Source of the DNA: the human T2T-CHM13v2.0 reference genome, Homo sapiens
Assembly: GCF_009914755.1 (NCBI RefSeq)
Contig: NC_060930.1
Length of the DNA: 64,000 nucleotides
Strand: one strand, 5' to 3'
Positions 58,164-64,000 of the stretch are shown in pieces (positions within the stretch are counted from its first letter, which is position 1; each line of letters begins with the position of its first letter). Under the pieces are notes generated by a model. It had not been told where the DNA came from, did not search any database, and worked only from the letters and a program-made list of their open reading frames with translations. The translations under genes and the position numbers were made by a program.

Positions 58164-60228
58164 TTAGATGAGTTGATTCAGCTTGACATTATTCAATTCT
58201 ACTCCAGCAGTTCATCAGTCTACTATTTTCTAATGTTACAAAATTTTGTTCACTGAACACCTACTATGTGCCAGGCCGATGAGATTTCAAACAGTGGAAA
58301 TACTGGAATAAATTTTACTCCAAATAATAACAGCAAACTCTTACTTATCTGTCAGACATTATTATCAGCACTTCACTCATGCTAACTCATTGAATTCTCA
58401 AACCAGTCCTATGGAAGCAGGTGCAGAGAAGTAATTTGCCTAAGGTCACGGCTAGGAAGTGATAGACACTGGATGTTTCTATTATGCTCCTAGTGTTCTG
58501 CGTGAAAACCTATGAATGCCATCTGTCCAAAGGCATGACAGGGGAGCATCTAATCTTTCCTGCCCACACGAACAATTTGGTTTAGGGACAGAGCAGACAC
58601 AGAGAGGAAGCTGGTGCCTGCGGTGCCACTACTGTCACTGTGCAGAGGGCAAGGGGGACCCAAGGCTTGACCTCAGCGTGGTGAGCCCCACAGCTCACCC
58701 AGCTGAGATCACAGAGACACAAACTGATGGTGACACACAGAAGCAGAGTACTGGAAAGACTTATCAGGACAAAACTGAAATTATTCACTTCCTAAGCCAG
58801 CAATAAGCAACTCTCATTATGTAGACCTGCGAAACCTGACGTTCGTTTCATGGAAGAACTTCCTCTGTATAGTCAACTTTTCAATAGAGTTCATACATAA
58901 CTAACAAAGAAAAGAAAGTTGTGTATTGCTTTAATATTTGAATGTTCACTTATAAAGTAACTGATAACTGAAACTAAAGAAAAAATGCATTGATAAGTTG
59001 TGCTTACACGATTGGTTTTTCTGCACTAAGGAGTTTGTGTTCATGCATTACACATTTCTGTTTTTATGCACATAGTAAATTTTATAGGTTAGAAAACCAA
59101 CCATTCACATAAACAAGGCTGCAGGAATCCAGCGGGTTTACAACGGAGATACTAGGCACTTGGAGTTCAAATATACAAAGAAAAAAGTTCCAGAGCACAT
59201 CTCTATTTCCTTAATATCAGCATGAATTTATGGTCATGGCCAAATGAGACTCCAAAGACACCTGAGGTACTCTGACACTTAGCCACTTTCCGCCAAGGAG
59301 GAGAGGTTTAAACCACAAAGGCTGTGCCTTTGTGCAAAAAACCAAAAATGGTTTTAGCCTTTGTCCATGTCCATTTTGTGTGTTGCCAAGTCAAAAAGAA
59401 GCAGAAAGTAGCCTTTACTCTCAGAAGACCCCTATCTCCCCCAGAGCTCTTGGTGTAGAGTCGGTCTCCTGCAGAGACACGAAACACCTGTCTTCTCAGT
59501 CTCCCACGGGGGTGCCCTTGGCAGCCTAGGACAAAGGGCGTTAGAATCTATGTCCAGGAGCTGGAGGCCTTTCATGGCGCACTTGAGGTGAGGTTAGAAA
59601 GTGACTGACTTCCATGTGCCACACATAACAGAGTCATTCCTTTATGTTCATGCCTTCTATGCTATCAGTCATATGATGATGAAGATACTAAAGCATTAAT
59701 AAATGTGTGACTGCAGAAGGTGGACGGGCTCATAAAAACTTCTGTAAGCTGATAACAATGGGGCTAGACTGCAGAATGTTTACATCCTTTCCAAGGGAAA
59801 TTGCATACTCTATGGATGACTTTGTTCCGGGTGCCGGCTGCCAAGGTGCTATCCTTGTTTCCTCATTTGTTCACAGTCTACCGCACATCACCCAGAATTT
59901 GGCCTGACTGGCAATATCTCAATTCGGAGTCCCTGAAAAGAGTTCGAGCTTTCTTTTTTCTTTAATTGCCTATCTCATTTAATCCCTACAACCACCTTTT
60001 GAGACAGGTGCCCAGACTATTCTTTTTGTACATGAGGAAAAGTGACTTGTTCGAGGTCACACAGCTACTAAGTGAGAGGGCTTTATAATGCTTTAACTGA
60101 TTTTAAACTATGACGATGGCTAGAGATGTTGGGCCTCTACATTTTAAAAAATCACTTAAATCTAACATTTTAAAGACCAGAAATGCACAGTGACTCAGCT
60201 CCACCTCTAGCCGAGTCCGTATACACAC

Positions 60229-60353
60229 CTCACTGAAGAGGCTTCCATTAACGTAGGAGATCCAGAGTTTCCAGAAGTTAGGCAGCTGGCTCAAGACGAG
60301 TTTTGTCAATTTTTCAACAAAGGCCACCCTGTGGGGAGTTTTGTATCTCCACG
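60229..60353 (-). CDS. EXOC2: EXOC2 (Sec5) coding exon, 125 nt, (T)[41 protein letters not shown]
   Basis: Acceptor ttttcccccttAG, donor GAG|gtgtgt, phase 1 to 0. Peptide recognised as human EXOC2. Confidence 0.97.
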
Positions 60354-62892
60354 CTAAGGGGGAAAAGAATAAAATACTATGATTGTACTTCTGAATCAAG
60401 AAAACACCTTTGAGCATATTGGTGCACCCCCCTCCACTCCCGCAAAACTCCAACATGCACTAGGAATAGCCTGAGTCTGCGTGGACGCTCGCGGCCCACC
60501 TGGCTGACACCGGCAGCGGTACGCTCGTCACCAGACACCCCCGCATTTCTCCTTGCCCTCTGGCAAGGAAGAGCCCCTCTCCCTCATGGCTGACCAGCAA
60601 GCCAGGGCAAGGGACCAGGTGGCCACAGCCTCAGTACTGGGAGGGCTACCGAGAGGAGGTGGCTTTGACTTATCAGCCTTGTCCTCTGGATAGTAAACGT
60701 CTCTTCAAAAAGTCCCGCCTTCTAACAGCAAAGGCAGGGGCTGCTGTGCAGCCAGTTGTGAAATTGCAGCTGATCAGCCTGTGAGAAATGCCATCATACA
60801 CCCTGGGAAGTGAGAATGCAGGAAGGAATCCAGTTATCACAAGGAAACATTCTAGTGCAATCACATACTAAATAACCCCACCTAAAATAAAGAAATTTAA
60901 GAAAAACTAGAAACGTTGAAACCTCTTTGGCTATACATCATTTAACATAGCTATTGCTGTAACTGGGAAATAAGGGCTTAGACTTCTTGTGGGAAGAACA
61001 GGTTCATGGGAATAAAGCAAGTGTAGAAATTCAGGACCCACTCACCATGTCCTCTGTCTCCCTTCTTTCTTTTCACTCCCAGGGCCATGCCTTCGCCCTG
61101 CTGCCTCCCACCTGCCTCCCGCCCCGCACTCCACTCGGTGGCCATGGCAGGGGCACTGCAGAGTCCACCCCGTCCAGTCCTCAGCACAATGACGCCGCGG
61201 ATCAGGCTCTAACTCCTACTCAGCAACTTCAGGGGCAGGTGGACTCCCATGAGAACGTTTATTCCCTGGGCCAGGCTAATTGCTAGCTTCCTTTCCAAAT
61301 ACCCCCAAGCAAAAGGATTTGCTGTTGTTAGTCCAGTGAAGGAAGGGCAAATTTTATAAACTGTATTAATAAAATTTCTTAATTTTATTAAGAAATTTTA
61401 TTAATAAAATTGTATTAATAATTTATTAATGATTTAATAATTTAAATAGTTATTTGATCAGGTAATACATGGTTAGAAAATGACACCTGAAAGGTACACA
61501 GTGAAAAGTCTACCTCCTGCCCCTCCACTCCCAAGTGCCTAGTTCCCAGCCGGAAGAAACCACTGTCACTAGTTATTGTGACTCTTTCTGAAATATTTTT
61601 TATATACACAAGCAAGTATAAATGTGTTTTTCTCCCTCCCAACTGTTCTTTACACGTTTTTGGTTTTTACACAAACGAAAGGCCAAACACACTCTTTTGA
61701 AGCTTGGCTTCTTCCATTTAGCGATGGATCCTGGAGTTCTTCTGTATTCAAACGTAAGGCAAAGGCTTCCTCTTTTTCTCCCCACAGTTATACTGCCTTT
61801 CACATTTTTGACGTATCGTAATTTAACAAGTTCCCTTCCAATGGACAAGACTGTCTTCGGTCTTTTGCAATTAAAATGAATGTTTCAGCCAGTAACTGTA
61901 TACCTATATCATTTAGCACATGCTCAAGTGAAAGCATAGAAAACGTCCAGAACAAGAATTGCTGGGACAAAGAGCACCTGTGGTTGTAATTTTGATAGAT
62001 ATTATTGAACTGCCCTCTAAAGGAAGTATGCCCTCATACTTCCACCGGTGACACGTGCAAGTAGTGGCCTCATCAATGAACAAACAAACATAGAAAACCC
62101 AAAACAAAACGATAAACACTCAGAGTTTTTGCCAACCTCGTATCTCATTGTAGTGTTATGCGACCTTTCTTCTTACTATTGTGGGGTTGAGTGTCTACTC
62201 ACACGTGTAAGAACCACTGACACGTCCTCTGTGTAGGCTATAGAGCCTCTTTATTTATTAGGTATATTAGCCCTTTGTCTATGCTAGGAGTTGCAGGAAA
62301 AAGTTTTAAACTCATTTTCACAGGTGTGAAAGGAACGGTTCTTTACTTAAGGGCACACTGTAAACTTTTATTTTTCATTCAGCTAATATTTATTGAGGAT
62401 TAACCGTGTGCTTATCATGTGGCTCCACCCAAGATCAAAACTCACTCTGAATGCTGAACAAGGCAGGCTCTGCCTTCACAGCTTAGAATCTAACAGAACA
62501 GTCAATTAACCAATTGAACACACCATGATGGTAATCTGAGGTGAGTGGGTTTCATCTGGAGACAGCAGTTACAGACTCCTCTCCCCAACAGTAGTTGGTA
62601 ATGCCTGTTTTCCAGATGGCAGGTGGCGTGCCACAGGGCGAGGCCATGGCCAGCTGCGTCAAGGGTCCAATGACAAGGTGAAAAACAGGACAAGAAAATC
62701 TAAAAATGGAAGCACTGAAAGATTTGCCTTTGATCGATTTGGATGTTTTGTCCCCACCAAATCTCATGTTGAAATGTGATCCCCAATGTTGCAGGAGGGC
62801 CATGGGGGCGGGCCCCTCGTGAATGGCTTGGTGTCCTTGCAATAATGAGTGAGTTCTTGCTCTATGAGTTCACACAAGATCTAGTTGTTTCA

Positions 62893-63131
62893 CCCATTGC
62901 CCGTGTGCCCCGAGAACACTCTTGTCTCTAATCCTAATGGAACACCATTTACATTTCTATTACATTAGGATTAGAGACGAGTTGTTTAGAAATAATTCCA
63001 AGAACAGTTCTTATATTTTGTTTTCACACTGAAAATCAGTGATATTTGCTTCAGCCTCAAAGAACATGTTTATGTAAATTAAGTGAGCACCAGCAGTGAG
63101 CTGCACCTTTTTTCCCTAAATGGGAAATGGG
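62893..63131 (+). mobile_element. piggyBac-family MITE (MER75B-like)
   Basis: Inverted termini cccattgcccgtgtg... and ...aaatgggaaatggg, TTAA on the right and TTCA on the left, internal palindrome gtctctaatcctaatg...cattaggattagagac. Confidence 0.85.
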
Positions 63132-63147
63132 TTAAAAGAGCCTGGCA

Positions 63148-63262
63148 TCTCCATCCTCTCCCTCACTCCCTCTCCATCCTCTCCCTCGCTCCCTCTCCAT
63201 CCTCTCCCTCGCTCCCTCTCCATCCTCTCCCTCGCTCCCTCTCCATCCTCTCCCTCGCTCCA
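63148..63262. repeat. 23-bp pyrimidine-rich minisatellite, about 5 copies, inside an LTR
   Basis: ctccatcctctccctcgctccct repeated. Confidence 0.9.
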
Positions 63263-64000
63263 TCTCCTGCCATGCGACATGCTGGCTCCCCTTTTGCCTT
63301 CTGCCATGACTGGAGGCTTCCTGCGGCCTCCCAGTAGCAGATGCCGGCGCAATGCTTCCTGTACAGCCTGCAGAACTGTGAGCCAATAAACCTCTTTTCT
63401 TTATAAACTACCCAGCCTCAGTGTTCCTTTATAGCAACACAAACAGACTAACACAGCTTAATATGGCAGCAAATGGATTCTTACATGGTATCTTTCCCAA
63501 GAATAATGTTTCAAAAGATCTCAGCTCCTCTGTGCAATTACATTGAACATTATATAATGTTAGCTGCTGTCCCACAGAATGTAGGAGCAAACGGTTCTGA
63601 TCTAACATTGTTTGTTCTAATGTTTGGTGAGCTGGGAGAGGAATGAGAATCGGACAAGAAGAAGGAATACCAACAGTTATGGAAGCCTTTCATTTAGTAC
63701 AAATGAATCATCTAATTTTAAGGTGCTCTTATGATGAACATTCATTTATATTAATAAAACCTTCGAAAAATTCCCTACTGCAATGCTTGTTAAGAATAAT
63801 ATAAGACATTTTAAAACAACTGTACAGGTATCTGAATTTAATACAATGTAAGGTATTTCTATTAGTCTATTTGGGTTTCTTATATCTGTTATTGAGATCA
63901 CAAATGGCTCCTGACTAGTGGCATCTAATTTGGTGCAAGAATGCCTGATAGTCGATCATGTTGTATCTCAAATAGGAAAATGGTAAATATCCACTCCAGA

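Larger units (their letters stand above)
62730..63455 (+). mobile_element. MaLR LTR (MST-like) containing a nested MER75B-like element
   Basis: tttggatgttttgtccccaccaaatctcatgttgaaatgtgatcccc ... cctcagtgttcctttatagcaacacaaacagactaacaca. Confidence 0.85.

Overview
This is human genomic DNA (Alu-rich, with a human-lineage AluYb8) from inside the EXOC2/SEC5 gene, which runs on the minus strand. Eleven consecutive coding exons (60353 down to 20171, 1062 nt) splice with GT-AG boundaries and matching phases. They encode the middle-to-C-terminal part of exocyst subunit Sec5, from (T)WRYKTPHRV to DWKDCLPPT(G). From memory these are about exons 13-23 on chr6p25.3; both ends of the gene lie outside the window. 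The rest is intronic: Alu, L1, LTR and DNA-transposon relics plus an unusual density of minisatellites (85, 50, ~99, 66, 28 and 23 bp units). The most notable unexplained signal is in the large intron left of 20171. A chain of 7-8 exon-like segments on the EXOC2 strand (about 19.5 kb to 11.9 kb) can be spliced in phase into one protein-like frame, with a single internal stop across the core seven. This suggests a nested decayed gene or a lost alternative EXOC2 3' end. One of these segments is the terminal unit of a 66-bp VNTR. A separate 50-bp VNTR places about 60 consensus 5' splice sites in the pre-mRNA. Repeat-family names come from recalled consensus sequences and their boundaries are approximate.
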